A DNA stretch of 64,000 nucleotides from an uncultured Gemmatimonadales bacterium (GCA_963695555.1 CAVOGR010000012.1:1-64000); one strand, 5' to 3'; shown: positions 50,187 through 60,965, counted from the first letter of the stretch. Program-made: numbers and translations. Notes: generated by a model not told the origin, from the sequence alone.

Positions 50187-51226
50187 CCCTACCGGCCCAA
50201 CTCGGCTACCGCATGCCGGCGGAATGGGCGCCGCACCGAGGCACTTGGCTGAGCTGGCCGCACCGGGAGTCCTCCTGGCCGGGGAATTTCGAGACGATTC
50301 CGCACATCTTCGCCGCCATGGTTCGGGCCTTGGCACCGGGCGAGGAAGTGCACATCAATGTCACTGGTCCAGAGATGGAATCCGACGCGCGCCGCCTGCT
50401 CGACGATCTCGAAGTCCCGGCCCACCGCGTCCGCTTCTATCATCATCCGACCAACGACGCCTGGTGCCGGGATCACGGACCGGTGTTCATCCAGCGGACG
50501 GAGGGCGACCGCGTCGACGAAGCCATCGTCGATTGGGGGTACAACTCCTGGGGTAACAAGTACCCTCCGTTCGATCTCGATGACGCGATCCCCACTCGGA
50601 TCGGACAGACCCTAGGCGTTCGCGTTTTTCATCCGGGAATCGTGCTCGAGGGCGGCTCCATCGACGTGAATGGCGCCGGGAGCCTGCTCACCACCGAGGC
50701 GTGCCTTCTGAACCCGAACCGCAATCCGGACCTCTCACGAACGCAGGTTGAGCAGCACCTGCGTGACTATCTCGGCGTGGCCAACATTCTCTGGCTCGGC
50801 GACGGGATCGTGGGTGACGATACCGATGGGCACGTGGATGACATCGCGCGATTCGTCGGCCCGAGCACCATCGTCACGGCAGTCGAGGAGGATCCGGAGG
50901 ACGAGAACTTCGACCCCCTTCAGGATAACCTCCGCCGTCTTCAAGCGATGACGGATCAGGACGGACAACCGTTCCGGATTGTTCCTTTACCGATGCCGCC
51001 GCCACTCTTCTACCAGGGAGAGCGGTTGCCTGCCAGCTACGCCAATTTCTACATCGGGAATGAGGTGGTGTTGGTGCCGGGATACGATGCGGCCCGCGAT
51101 GCCGCGGCCGGTGCCGTGCTCCAGTCAGTCTTTCCGCGGCGGCGCATGACGTTCATCGACAGCCGAGACCTCGTCTGGGGACTCGGCAGCTTCCATTGCG
51201 TAACCCAGCAGTGGCCCGCGCGCTAG
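50183..51226 (+). CDS. aguA: Agmatine deiminase
   Basis: RMPAEW, DAWCRDHGP, LEGGS, DTDGHVD, ASYANF, SFHCVTQQ. Confidence 0.93.
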   Translation: MTLPAQLGYRMPAEWAPHRGTWLSWPHRESSWPGNFETIPHIFAAMVRALAPGEEVHINVTGPEMESDARRLLDDLEVPAHRVRFYHHPTNDAWCRDHGPVFIQRTEGDRVDEAIVDWGYNSWGNKYPPFDLDDAIPTRIGQTLGVRVFHPGIVLEGGSIDVNGAGSLLTTEACLLNPNRNPDLSRTQVEQHLRDYLGVANILWLGDGIVGDDTDGHVDDIARFVGPSTIVTAVEEDPEDENFDPLQDNLRRLQAMTDQDGQPFRIVPLPMPPPLFYQGERLPASYANFYIGNEVVLVPGYDAARDAAAGAVLQSVFPRRRMTFIDSRDLVWGLGSFHCVTQQWPAR

Positions 51227-52392
51227 GTCGGGGACGCGGTCGCGACTGCCTCCCGCAACACTTCGAGCAGCACCGCCATATCGCTGGCATCGTTGTAGAC
51301 GTGGGGAGCAATCCGGACGGCATCGCCTCGCACCGACACGGATAGTGCCCGTAAGGCCAGCAGGGCTTGAAGATCGGTGCGGCCTACCCCCGCCGGCATC
51401 CGCAGGCCGAAAAGGTGCGGCGCCTGCCAGTCGTCATCTTCCACTCCATACCCCAACCGGCGAACCTCGTCCTTGAAGTCTGCGCTAAGCTGACGGCAGT
51501 ACTGCTCGATCTCGCCCACGCCCCACGCCGCAATCTGTGCCAGCGCCGCCAAGAGCATGGGCACGAGAATGAAATTGCTCCCCTCGCCCACGTCGTAGCG
51601 AATCGCGCCGGGGCGGTACTTGTCGCGGTACCGCACCAACCCGCCGAAGTCGTCACTCTCCGGGCGGGACATCCAGGTCTCTTCCACCGGCATTCCCCGG
51701 TCATAGCGCTCGCCGAGGTACGCCAGGCCGATCGAGTACGGGCCCAAGAGCCACTTGTAGCCGGCGCACACGAGCGCATCAGGACGCACGCGCTCGATGT
51801 CGAACGGCATCGCTCCGATCGACTGCGTGCCGTCGAGCACCACGGCGGCGCCAACGTCACGGGCCCGGGCGGCAATCTGCTCGACATCGAACCGGGTCCC
51901 GTCGGTCCAATGCACCGGCGCAAGCGCCACCAGTCGGGTGGAGCGGTTGATGGATTCCAAGAGACGGGTGGTCCATGCCTCGCCCCGGACCGTCCCGTCC
52001 GGGGGCTCGACCGTGCGCAGCTTGGCCCCGGTCGTTGCCGCCAACCGGCGCCAGGCATACACGTTCGACGGGAATTGCTGATGGGCGGTGACGATGTTCT
52101 GCCGCGGGCCGATCCGCGTGTTCTTTGCCACGGTCGCCATGCCGTAGGAGACCGACGGGATGACGGCGATCCGGCGCGGATCCCCCGCGTTGATTAGGCG
52201 GGCGAAGAGTTCGCGCACACGCTGCACGTCCTCAAAGAACGCCGCGGGTGTGATCGCCGACGGGTCGCGCTTGCGGCGAATCCCCGCAATGCCGGCCTCC
52301 TCCACTGCCTTGAGCAATGGGGACATATAGGCACAATTGAGGTAATGGAGATTTGGCGGCAGTGAGAACAGGTGTCTCTGACACGTCAGCAT
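51223..52392 (-). CDS. Class V PLP-dependent enzyme (aminotransferase V fold)
   Basis: YLNCAYMSP, LDGTQSIGA, AGYKWLLGP, RIAPHVYN. Confidence 0.88.
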   Translation of the reverse strand: MLTCQRHLFSLPPNLHYLNCAYMSPLLKAVEEAGIAGIRRKRDPSAITPAAFFEDVQRVRELFARLINAGDPRRIAVIPSVSYGMATVAKNTRIGPRQNIVTAHQQFPSNVYAWRRLAATTGAKLRTVEPPDGTVRGEAWTTRLLESINRSTRLVALAPVHWTDGTRFDVEQIAARARDVGAAVVLDGTQSIGAMPFDIERVRPDALVCAGYKWLLGPYSIGLAYLGERYDRGMPVEETWMSRPESDDFGGLVRYRDKYRPGAIRYDVGEGSNFILVPMLLAALAQIAAWGVGEIEQYCRQLSADFKDEVRRLGYGVEDDDWQAPHLFGLRMPAGVGRTDLQALLALRALSVSVRGDAVRIAPHVYNDASDMAVLLEVLREAVATASPT

Positions 52393-52471
52393 ACGTGCAC
52401 CTTCGCGAGTGGGTGACCGCACACACAGCACGTTCCGCCCGTGCGCCGGACCGCGAGCCAGACGACCTGCG

Positions 52472-53692
52472 CTACGCTTTCCATCCCACCTGACCGTCCA
52501 CCACGGTCATCCGACACGTATCCGGCCGAAAGTGGTAGAGCCAGTGGGTCACATCGGGAGCATCGATCACGGCAAGATCGGCCGCCTTCCCTACTTCGAG
52601 CGAACCGAGATGCTGGTCCCGACCGACCGCCCGGGCCGCATGGAGTGTCCCCCCCTTCAGCGCTTCGGTAGGCGTCAGTCCCGATAGGGTGCACGCGAGC
52701 AGCAACGCAAGGTGCATGTCATAGCTCGGGGCCGACCCGGGATTGAAATCGGTCGCTACCGCCACCGGAACCCCCGCCGCCACGAATCGTCGAGCGGCCA
52801 TGGGCTGCTGGCCCAAGTACAGAGTGGCCAGAGGGAGCGCAACGGCGACCGCGCCGGAGCGCGCCATGTCCGTTATCCCTTCGGGCGAGGCGTGCTCGAG
52901 GTGGTCGGCGCTCACGGCCTGAACCTCCGCCGCGAGCTCCGCGCCGCCGCCCGACTCGAGCTGATCGGCGTGGAGCTTCGGCCGGAGCCCCGCCGCTTTC
53001 GCCGCGCGGAAGATCCGCCGCGCTTCGTCCGCCGTAAAGGCCGTATCCTCCACGAACACGTCACAGAAATCGGCCAGATGGTCCTCGGCAACCGCTGGAA
53101 TCATCTCCTCGATGATGAGGTCGACATACCGCACCCGGTCGGCTTGCCACTCCTTCGGAATGACGTGAGCTCCCAGAAACGTCGACACGATGCGAACGGG
53201 CTGCAGGTCGCGCACTCGGCGATACACCCGTAGCAGCTTGAGCTCGTTCTTGGTATCGAGTCCGTAGCCGCTCTTGCACTCGACGGTGGTGACGCCAAGC
53301 CGGACGATCGCATCGAGAAAGGTCAGGCAGCGTTGGCTGAGCTCGTCTTCGGAGAGCGCCCGGGTGGCCGTCACCGTCGAGGCGATGCCGCCGCCGCGAC
53401 GTGCGATGTCCTGGTACGTTGCGCCCAGCAGCCGCTGCTCGAACTCCCCGGCGCGCCAGCCGCCGAAGGCCAGGTGCGTGTGGCAGTCGATCAGGCCGGG
53501 AATGACGAGGCACCCACCGGCATCCCATGTCTCTCCGGCCGCGAGGGTTGGCGGGACATCGGCCTCGGCGCCCACCCAGGTGATGCGGCCGGCTTCCCAC
53601 GCGAGGGCTGCGTCGCGGATGGGATGGATTTCCCCCTGCCCGCCGGGGGCACGGCAGGTGGCGACCATTCCGATATTCCTGAGCAGCGGCAT
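52472..53692 (-). CDS. hutI: Imidazolonepropionase
   Basis: IDCHTH, ECKSGYG, KLHADQL, SADHLE, ATDFNPGS. Confidence 0.94.
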   Translation of the reverse strand: MPLLRNIGMVATCRAPGGQGEIHPIRDAALAWEAGRITWVGAEADVPPTLAAGETWDAGGCLVIPGLIDCHTHLAFGGWRAGEFEQRLLGATYQDIARRGGGIASTVTATRALSEDELSQRCLTFLDAIVRLGVTTVECKSGYGLDTKNELKLLRVYRRVRDLQPVRIVSTFLGAHVIPKEWQADRVRYVDLIIEEMIPAVAEDHLADFCDVFVEDTAFTADEARRIFRAAKAAGLRPKLHADQLESGGGAELAAEVQAVSADHLEHASPEGITDMARSGAVAVALPLATLYLGQQPMAARRFVAAGVPVAVATDFNPGSAPSYDMHLALLLACTLSGLTPTEALKGGTLHAARAVGRDQHLGSLEVGKAADLAVIDAPDVTHWLYHFRPDTCRMTVVDGQVGWKA

Positions 53693-53698
53693 GGGGTG

Positions 53699-55368
53699 TC
53701 AGTCTTGCATGGGAAGGTCGACGCCCCGCTCACGGGCCACGCGTATCGCATCGTCGTAGCCCGCGTCGGCGTGGCGCATAACTCCGGTGCCGGGATCCGC
53801 CGTGAGCACCCGCTCGAGCCGGCGGTCGGCCGACGCCGTCCCATCGGCGACGCACACCATGCCGGCGTGGATCGAGTATCCGATGCCGACCCCGCCGCCG
53901 TGATGGATCGAGACCCAACTCGCCCCGCAGGCCGTGTTCAACATGGCGTTCAACAGCGGCCAATCCGCGATCGCGTCGGAGCCGTCTGCCATGTTTTCCG
54001 TTTCGCGGTTGGGAGATGCCACGGAGCCGGCATCGAGATGATCGCGACCGATCACGAGCGGTGCCTCGACCTTCCCCTTCTTCACCAGCCAGTTGAACTT
54101 GAGCCCCATCTCGGCCCGTTCGCCGTATTCGAGCCAACAAATGCGGGCGGGAAGGCCCTGGAACTGCACCCGCTCGCGCGCCTGACGAATCCACCTGGCC
54201 AAAGAAGTGTTTTCGGGAAAGGTCTCGAGCACCGCGTCGTCGGTAGCCGCGATGTCCTTCGGGTTCCCCGAGAGGGCAGCCCACCGGAACGGGCCGGCGC
54301 CCCGACAGAAGAGGGGCCGAATGAATTCGGGAACGAAGCCGGGGATCCGGAATGCCTCACGCAATCCGCGATGATCGGACACTTGCCCCCGGAGGTTGTT
54401 GCCATAGTCGAACGTCACGGCCCCTTGACCCATGAGGTCGAGCATCGCCTTGACGTGCGTTGCCATTGAATCGAGTACCCGAGCGTCATAGCCCGCAGGA
54501 TCACGCTCGCGTTCCCCGGCTGCTTGCTCCACCGTCATTCCCACCGGGATATAACCGAGCCGGATGTCATGGGCCGACGTCTGATCGGTCAGCATGTCGG
54601 GTACCACCCCGCGTCGGACCAACTCGGGAAGCACGTCTGCAATGTTACCCAGCAAGCCGACCGAGAGCGCCTCCTTCCGTTGTTTTGCCGATTCGACCAA
54701 TTCCAGCGCCTCATCGAGATCGGTGCTCATCCGGTCGCAGTAGCCGGTCTCCACCCGTCGCTGGATGCGAAGCGGATCGACCTCGACGCCGAGAAACGCA
54801 GCCCCATTCATCGTGGCGGCGAGCGGCTGAGCTCCTCCATGCCTCCGAGGCCGGCGGTTACCACCAACCGCCCGGCCAGGGTGCCTCCGAAATGCTTTCG
54901 CGCGCACTCGGCGAAGGTCTCGTAGGTCCCTTGGAGGATGCCCTGGGTACCGATGTAGATCCACGAACCCGCGGTCATCTGGCCGTACATGGTGAGGCCG
55001 AGGGCGTCCAGCCGCCGGAACTCATCCCACGTGGCCCAGCGAGGAACCAGATGCGCATTCGCGATCAGGACACGCGGGGCCTCGTCATGGGTGCGAAACA
55101 CCCCGACGGGCTTCCCGCTCTGCACCAGTAGGGTTTCATCGTTCTTCAACCGGCGGAGGGTCTCAACGATCGAGGCGTAGCATTCCCAGTTGCGTGCGGC
55201 CTTTCCCCCGCCCCCGTAGACGATGAGCTCGGCGGGGTTCTCCGCCACATCCGGGTCGAGGTTGTTCATGAGCATCCGGAGCGCTGCCTCCTGGTGCCAT
55301 CCCTTGCATGACAGGGAGGTACCGGTCGGGGCCCGAATGACGTCTGGTGGGTTCTGAGTGGCTGGCAT
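53699..55368 (-). CDS. hutU: Urocanate hydratase; one frameshift near 54837 (probable missing G)
   Basis: [58 protein letters not shown]. Confidence 0.95.
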
Positions 55369-55564
55369 GGTTGAATCGACACCCGTTCAGGAGGGTGGAG
55401 GGTGTGCGCACCCACCGGGGGGCGCGGCCCATATCTCTGGAGGCTACAATAGGAAGTGCCTCGGCGCGACCCCGACCCGACGATGGGGGTGCGCGGTCCT
55501 GGTTTGGCCCATGGGCGAGGCACCCTTCCAACCCTTCGCCTCCTCCTGCTATCCAATGGGATGC

Positions 55565-56140
55565 ATGCGGAGACCAGGCCCTGGAGTCGCAACGCTGACC
55601 GGAAGCCGGCGGATCACCACAGCGGGATCGGACATCGCGGACGTCGCCCTGGCCGCGAGCGGAGATGCGCACGCGTTCGAGCGCCTCTACCGCAGACATG
55701 TGGCTCGAATCCGCAGCCTGGCATGCCGCATGTTGAACCAGGATCTCGCTGATGAGGTCACGCAGGACATTTTCGTTCGGGCCTGGGAAAAGCTCAAGAC
55801 CTTTCGCGGAGAGGCTCAGTTCGGGACATGGCTCTATCGCTTGGGAATCAACGTGATTCTTGCCCAGCGCGCGACTCTCGGGAAGCACCGGGACCGTTAC
55901 GTGGAGGGCGATGCGACCCTGGCACGCCTGCCGAGCCGACCCGAGGCGCCGGGGGCCATGGTGGATTTCGAGGAAGCCCTCAGCCGGCTTCCGGACGGCG
56001 CCCGCCAGGTGTTCGTGCTCCACGACGTGGAAGGGTATCGGCACGAGGAAATCGCCGGCATGCTCGGCGTCGCGGAAGGCACCAGCAAATCGCAGCTGCA
56101 CCGGGCGCGCATGGCACTACGTGGGTATCTGGATCGATGA
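55565..56140 (+). CDS. ECF sigma factor
   Basis: AFERLYRRH, TQDIFVRAW, FGTWLYR, FVLHDVEGY..EEIA, SKSQLHRAR. Start uncertain. Confidence 0.92.
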   Translation: MRRPGPGVATLTGSRRITTAGSDIADVALAASGDAHAFERLYRRHVARIRSLACRMLNQDLADEVTQDIFVRAWEKLKTFRGEAQFGTWLYRLGINVILAQRATLGKHRDRYVEGDATLARLPSRPEAPGAMVDFEEALSRLPDGARQVFVLHDVEGYRHEEIAGMLGVAEGTSKSQLHRARMALRGYLDR

Positions 56141-56153
56141 CTGGAGAAGGCCG

Positions 56154-56828
56154 ATGATGGATCAGTGGACGGAACGTCTGTCCGAATACGTCGACGGCAC
56201 GCTGGAGGCGGAGGAACGCCGCCAGGTGGAAGCCCATGTGTCCGGGTGCGAGGCCTGCACCGCGATCGCGAATGAATTGCGAGCGGTTGCCGCGCGCGCG
56301 AGCACGCTGGCGGACCGTCCGCCGACGCGAGACCTCTGGCCCGGGATTGCCGCGCGCATCGCAGTGACCGGCGAATCGGACATCCTCGATCTCTCGCACG
56401 CTCGGACTCGGCGGCGGTTCGCCTTCACCGTCCCGCAACTCGCGGCGGCGGCGATCGGTTTGATCCTCCTCTCCGCAGGCGGCGCATGGCTCATGCAGCC
56501 CAGCCCAGTGCCGGCACCCGTGGCCGCGGCTTCAGTCCCATCGCCCGTCGTCCAAGCAGTGACGGGCACAGCGTCGTACCAGCACTACGACCGGGCCGTG
56601 GCTGAGCTTTCGCTGGTGCTCGAGGCCGGGAGGGCCCGGCTCAACCCCAGCACCGTCCGCATTTTGGAGCGCAATCTCCGGGTGATCGACGCGGCGCTGG
56701 CCGAAGCCGTCCAGGCCGTGGCCGACGATCCGGCAAGCGTGTACCTCCAAGACCACTTGGCAAACACCATGCAGCGAAAACTGGCTCTCATGCGCCAAGC
56801 CGCTGATCTCGTCACGGCTTCCAGCTGA
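56154..56828 (+). CDS. Zinc-finger (zf-HC2) anti-sigma factor
   Basis: LSEYVDG...HVSGCEAC (HxxxCxxC) and one TM segment. Confidence 0.87.
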   Translation: MMDQWTERLSEYVDGTLEAEERRQVEAHVSGCEACTAIANELRAVAARASTLADRPPTRDLWPGIAARIAVTGESDILDLSHARTRRRFAFTVPQLAAAAIGLILLSAGGAWLMQPSPVPAPVAAASVPSPVVQAVTGTASYQHYDRAVAELSLVLEAGRARLNPSTVRILERNLRVIDAALAEAVQAVADDPASVYLQDHLANTMQRKLALMRQAADLVTASS

Positions 56829-56847
56829 GACCTGCTACGGAGACGAC

Positions 56848-57687
56848 ATGTTACTCACCACCACTCTCGGGTTGATCACCGCGCTCGCGGCAGGACCGCA
56901 GGACACGACATTTACCGTGTCGCGCGATGCGCGTCTGCACGTGGCGAACTTCGCCGGCACCATCACCGTGGGGGTGTGGAACCGTGGCGAGGTCCGGATT
57001 CAGACGGATGCCGATCAGGGCGCGCTTGCAGTCAGCCAGACCGGCTCGGTCATCCGGGTCAAGACCCGCGGACCGTACCAGCACGAGGAAAAGGCATACA
57101 CGCTGACCGTACCCCGCTGGCTCCCGCTCGAACTCTCGGGCACGGAGACTGACATCGTGGTCGAGGGAACCGACGCTTCGGTCACGGCATCGACCGTCGA
57201 TGGGGACGTGACCATCCGCGGCGGACGGGGCCAGGTCATGGCCAGCTCGATCGAGGGCGACGTCAGCATTGAAGGCGCAAACGCTCACATCACCGCAACG
57301 TCAGTCGACGGCGACATCGTTGTGTCGAGTTCCACCGGCGATGTGTCGGCCCAGAGCGTCGATGGGTCCATCGAGTTGACGGGAGTGACGGCCTCCTCGG
57401 TGAAGGCCAGCACCGTCGATGGGGATATCTATTTTCGTGGACCGATTCAGGCGAACGGTCGCTACGGACTCACCACCCATGACGGCGACGTGACCCTCGT
57501 CGCAGGGCGAGGCATCAACGCCAATATCACCGTGTCGACCTTCGCCGGCGAGTTCGAGTCGGACTTCCCGGTCACGATTCAGGGAACGACCCAGCGGGAG
57601 CGATTCTCGTTTACGCTTGGCACCGGCAGCGCCCAAATCACGCTCGAAGCGTTCGACGGAACGATTCGATTGCAGCGTGGGCAATAG
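56848..57687 (+). CDS. DUF4097 beta-strand repeat exported protein
   Basis: Repeated S(T/V)DGDV/I motifs; signal peptide. Confidence 0.8.
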   Translation: MLLTTTLGLITALAAGPQDTTFTVSRDARLHVANFAGTITVGVWNRGEVRIQTDADQGALAVSQTGSVIRVKTRGPYQHEEKAYTLTVPRWLPLELSGTETDIVVEGTDASVTASTVDGDVTIRGGRGQVMASSIEGDVSIEGANAHITATSVDGDIVVSSSTGDVSAQSVDGSIELTGVTASSVKASTVDGDIYFRGPIQANGRYGLTTHDGDVTLVAGRGINANITVSTFAGEFESDFPVTIQGTTQRERFSFTLGTGSAQITLEAFDGTIRLQRGQ

Positions 57688-57716
57688 TTCCGCGACCATC
57701 CTTAAGGAGACGACCT

Positions 57717-58547
57717 ATGCTGAAGTCTTTTGCCCTTGCTGTCGCCACCGCCGGCATCCTCGGCTGGCAAGCCACGGCCGATCACGAGGGCGCGTTCACT
57801 CTGACGGAGCCTGGTCATGCAAACAGGGCCCAGCAGGATTTTCGCTGGAGCGGCAGGATTCCGGCCGGGAAGGCGATCGAGATCAAAGGGATCAATGGCA
57901 ACCTCGTGGCCCAAGGGACGAGCGGCGGCGAGGTCATCGTGACCGCCGACAAAGACGGTCACGGTGACGACCCCGAGAGCGTCAGGATCGAGGTCGTCGA
58001 GCACGATGACGGCGTCACGATCTGCGCGGTCTATCCGGATACCCGGAGAAACCGGCCCAATATGTGCGCTCCCAAGAACGAGGGCCGCCTCAACAGCGAC
58101 GATAACGACGTGTCCGTCGACTTCGAGATCAAGGTCCCTGCCGGCGTGCGGTTCATCGGGCGCACCGTCAATGGCGACGTTGATGCCACCGGGCTCACCG
58201 CCGATGCCGATGTGTCGACCGTGAATGGTGACGTGCACGTGAGCACCGCCGGGGAGGCGGAAGCGAGTACCGTGAACGGCGGTATCCGCGCCTCGATGGG
58301 CCGGGCCACATGGAGCGGAACCGTCGAATTCCACACGGTGAATGGCAGCATCGAGGTGACGCTCCCATCCGATTTCAGCGCTGACGTGCGGGCCAGCACG
58401 GTCAACGGGGATATCAGTACCGATTTTCCCCTGACCGTGACAGGGCGTTTCGGACCGCGGCGAATCTCAGGAACGGTCGGGGGCGGTGGTCGGAAGCTCG
58501 AGCTGGAGACCGTGAACGGCAGTATTTCGCTTCGCAAGGGCGGCTGA
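57717..58547 (+). CDS. DUF4097 beta-strand repeat exported protein
   Basis: Repeated TVNG(D/S) motifs; signal peptide. Confidence 0.82.
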   Translation: MLKSFALAVATAGILGWQATADHEGAFTLTEPGHANRAQQDFRWSGRIPAGKAIEIKGINGNLVAQGTSGGEVIVTADKDGHGDDPESVRIEVVEHDDGVTICAVYPDTRRNRPNMCAPKNEGRLNSDDNDVSVDFEIKVPAGVRFIGRTVNGDVDATGLTADADVSTVNGDVHVSTAGEAEASTVNGGIRASMGRATWSGTVEFHTVNGSIEVTLPSDFSADVRASTVNGDISTDFPLTVTGRFGPRRISGTVGGGGRKLELETVNGSISLRKGG

Positions 58548-58558
58548 GCCACCAGCGT

Positions 58559-58583
58559 GGCCGGCACCCGTGAGGTGCCGGCC
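58559..58583. terminator. Hairpin between convergent genes
   Basis: ggccggcacc-cgtga-ggtgccggcc. Confidence 0.6.
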
Positions 58584-58585
58584 TC

Positions 58586-59725
58586 TCATGGTTCGTAGGT
58601 AATGCGGTAAATCACATCCGCCACATCGTCGGACACGAGCAGAGATCCGTCCGGCAATGCTAGCACATCCACCGGCCGCCCCCAGGCACGCCGCCGTCCC
58701 AACCAGCCCTCCGCAAAGACATCGTAGATCGGCACGCTATCTTGACGCTCCCGGACGACCATGAGTCGATACCCAACTGGCTGCTCGCGGTTCCAGCTGC
58801 CATGTTCGGCGACGAATAGTGCGTTGCGATAGAACTCCGGGAAGGCCGTGCCTGTGTAAAATCGCATGCCAAGCGGAGCCGCGTGGGCGGGAAGATCCAG
58901 CAGCGGCGGGGTGGACGCCCCACAATCGCCTTCGATGCCGAAGTCGGGATCGACGATGTCGGTCCCAAAGCATTTGGGAAAACCGAAATCCAACCCCGCT
59001 CGGACGGCGACGTTGATCTCATCGGGCGGGACGTCATCGCCCAACATGTCTCGGCTGTTGTCGCCGAACCAGAGGACCCCCGTCTCGGGATGCCAGTCGA
59101 ACCCGACCGTGTTTCTCACACCGCGGGCAAAGACGGTCCGGTCCGTCCCGTCAGGGCGCATGCGGAACATCGCCGCGTATCGGTCTTCGACCACGCGGCA
59201 CACGTTGCAGGGCGCTCCCACCGGCACGTACAGGTATCCGTCCGGACCGAATGCGATGTACTTCCACCCATGCTGGGTGTCCCGAGGAAACCCCGCATAG
59301 GTCACGATCGGAAGCGGAGCGGCATCGAGCCGCGATTCGATGGCGTCGAACCGGAGCACTCGGCTCACCTCCGCCACGTACAGCGCACCGTCGCGAAAGG
59401 CCACGCCGCTGGGCATCTGGAGCCCTCGGGCAATGGTCAGAACCGCATCTGCCGTGCCGTCCCCATCTGCGTCGGGCAGCGCATAGACGTTGCCGGCGGT
59501 GCGGCTGCCGACGAACACCGTGCCGTTGTCGCCCCTCGCAAGCGCTCGGGCGTTGTCAACACCGGTGGCAAAGAGCCGGACCGTGAATCCCGGGGGCAAG
59601 CGAAGTCGCTCCGGATACGGCCGCGGACCATTGTAGTGCCAGTAGAGACCAACCGCCGTCAGTACCGCGAGCCAGAACATCCAGCGAATACGCGATCGTC
59701 GCCCAAGGGCAGTCGGCGAGGTCAT
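58586..59725 (-). CDS. PQQ-dependent sugar/sorbosone dehydrogenase family protein
   Basis: HGWKYIAFGPDG, VGAPCNVC, GVRNTVG, EHGSWNR, GRPVD. Confidence 0.9.
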   Translation of the reverse strand: MTSPTALGRRSRIRWMFWLAVLTAVGLYWHYNGPRPYPERLRLPPGFTVRLFATGVDNARALARGDNGTVFVGSRTAGNVYALPDADGDGTADAVLTIARGLQMPSGVAFRDGALYVAEVSRVLRFDAIESRLDAAPLPIVTYAGFPRDTQHGWKYIAFGPDGYLYVPVGAPCNVCRVVEDRYAAMFRMRPDGTDRTVFARGVRNTVGFDWHPETGVLWFGDNSRDMLGDDVPPDEINVAVRAGLDFGFPKCFGTDIVDPDFGIEGDCGASTPPLLDLPAHAAPLGMRFYTGTAFPEFYRNALFVAEHGSWNREQPVGYRLMVVRERQDSVPIYDVFAEGWLGRRRAWGRPVDVLALPDGSLLVSDDVADVIYRITYEP

Positions 59726-59833
59726 GGGTAGATGGCCATCGATGATGGCACTCCCAGAAACGAGGTGAACGTGGTCTCCAGCCGCCGGAGGGCGAGCGCG
59801 AACTCGGCGAGGCTCATCTCCCCTACCCTCGGA

Positions 59834-60358
59834 TCAGTTGCGCTTTCGGTAGAGCCCGTCGAAAACGACCTTCCACGTCGAGCCGCCGTCCCTCGACTGC
59901 TCCCACACTTGTTTGACTGTTGATTCCGCGGTGTTGTCATAGAATGTCAGCTTGTGCATCACGGGACTTCCGTCCGGGGCTCGGGACTCGCCCGACAAAG
60001 CGAGGCGCCCGTCGGCATACCGGCCGGAAAACCGTAACACACCGCCAGTGCCGTCGATCCAGATCTGGTGCCAGAGCCCCGTGGAACGATCGAAGAAATT
60101 CCAGCTCTCTCCGGTACCGCCCTGGGAGCCCTTCCAATGCTCGTGCAACACACAGCCGTCATCCCGCAACGTGACGAGGTTCGTGCCAGCCACCCCTCCC
60201 TGTGCGGTCACCTCCCAATCACCCACCCAGAAATCGAATTGCCGATGCTCGGGCCCGGTGCAGTCCGGCCGGGTGGCCTGAGCCGCGGCGTCGGTCCCGC
60301 CGAGCATTCCGAATGCAACCACGGTAGCCAGTACCATGCGGCGAGTCTCATGTGCCAT
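59834..60358 (-). CDS. Conserved exported hypothetical protein (QFDFWVGDW family)
   Basis: Signal peptide, HRQFDFWVGDW, SRDGGSTW; GGAG SD. Confidence 0.75.
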   Translation of the reverse strand: MAHETRRMVLATVVAFGMLGGTDAAAQATRPDCTGPEHRQFDFWVGDWEVTAQGGVAGTNLVTLRDDGCVLHEHWKGSQGGTGESWNFFDRSTGLWHQIWIDGTGGVLRFSGRYADGRLALSGESRAPDGSPVMHKLTFYDNTAESTVKQVWEQSRDGGSTWKVVFDGLYRKRN

Positions 60359-60507
60359 TGATCTCTCCAAACTCGGGGCTTGTTTCGCAACCTAATGCGG
60401 CGTCCGGTCACCAGCCACTGACGCATGGGGCCGCGGTCGAGCACACAGGCCGGCCACGAAGAGCCGCGCTCGGGCGAGCGCGTTGCCCCCGTCAGCCGAA
60501 TAAAACG

Positions 60508-60543
60508 AAGCGGAGCGACCAACGCTGCGTTGATCGCTCCGCC
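60508..60543 (-). terminator. Terminator downstream of tRNA-Pro
   Basis: gcggagcgatcaacg...cgttggtcgctccgc followed by ttcgtttt on the minus strand. Confidence 0.75.
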
Positions 60544-60547
60544 CAAA

Positions 60548-60621
60548 TCGGGACGGCGGGATTTGAACCCGCGACCCCTGCAACCCCATTGCAGTGCGCT
60601 ACCGGACTGCGCCACGTCCCG
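60548..60621 (-). tRNA. tRNA-Pro (GGG), CCA not encoded
   Basis: CGGGACG acceptor stem, TGGCGCAGTCCGGTAGCGC D-arm, anticodon loop AT-GGG-GT, GGTTCAAATCC T-arm. Confidence 0.96.
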
Positions 60622-60949
60622 TTCACCCGGCCGTGTGCCGACTGCGGCCCAGGATTCCCAAGTCTATCCCCGGGGGGCCAGCGTGGGAAGGGTTTCTCCC
60701 GCTGAAAGAAATGCGGACGCGGCTACGACCGGATGGCCCCTGGACCGCCTCGGCCAGGCAGGCCACCGAAACAAGCCCCTGTCATCGCATTCCTCGACTG
60801 CCCGCCGGCCGCTGTCTCCGAGCTGAGACCGGCGTGGACTACCCGAGCCGGCTGGCCACAGGCCGTATCTGATTGCACGGCAAGATATTACATCGGCCGA
60901 CGTGAAGCTGCAGTCCCGTTCGTGCGCGGCTCGGGGGACCTAATCATTT

Positions 60950-60965
60950 GGGCCTGAGACTTGCA
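60950..60965 (+). promoter_or_regulatory. Putative sigma54 (-24/-12) promoter
   Basis: GGGCCTGAGACTTGCA gives GG-N10-GC with TTGCA. Confidence 0.45.

Noticed and set aside
54825..54845. hutU split into two ORFs
   Set aside because: One missing G restores GGMGGAQP; most likely a sequencing error.
56848..58547. Recurring gtcgacgg/gtgaacgg nucleotide repeats
   Set aside because: Explained by DUF4097 protein repeats; not CRISPR or DNA-level repeats.
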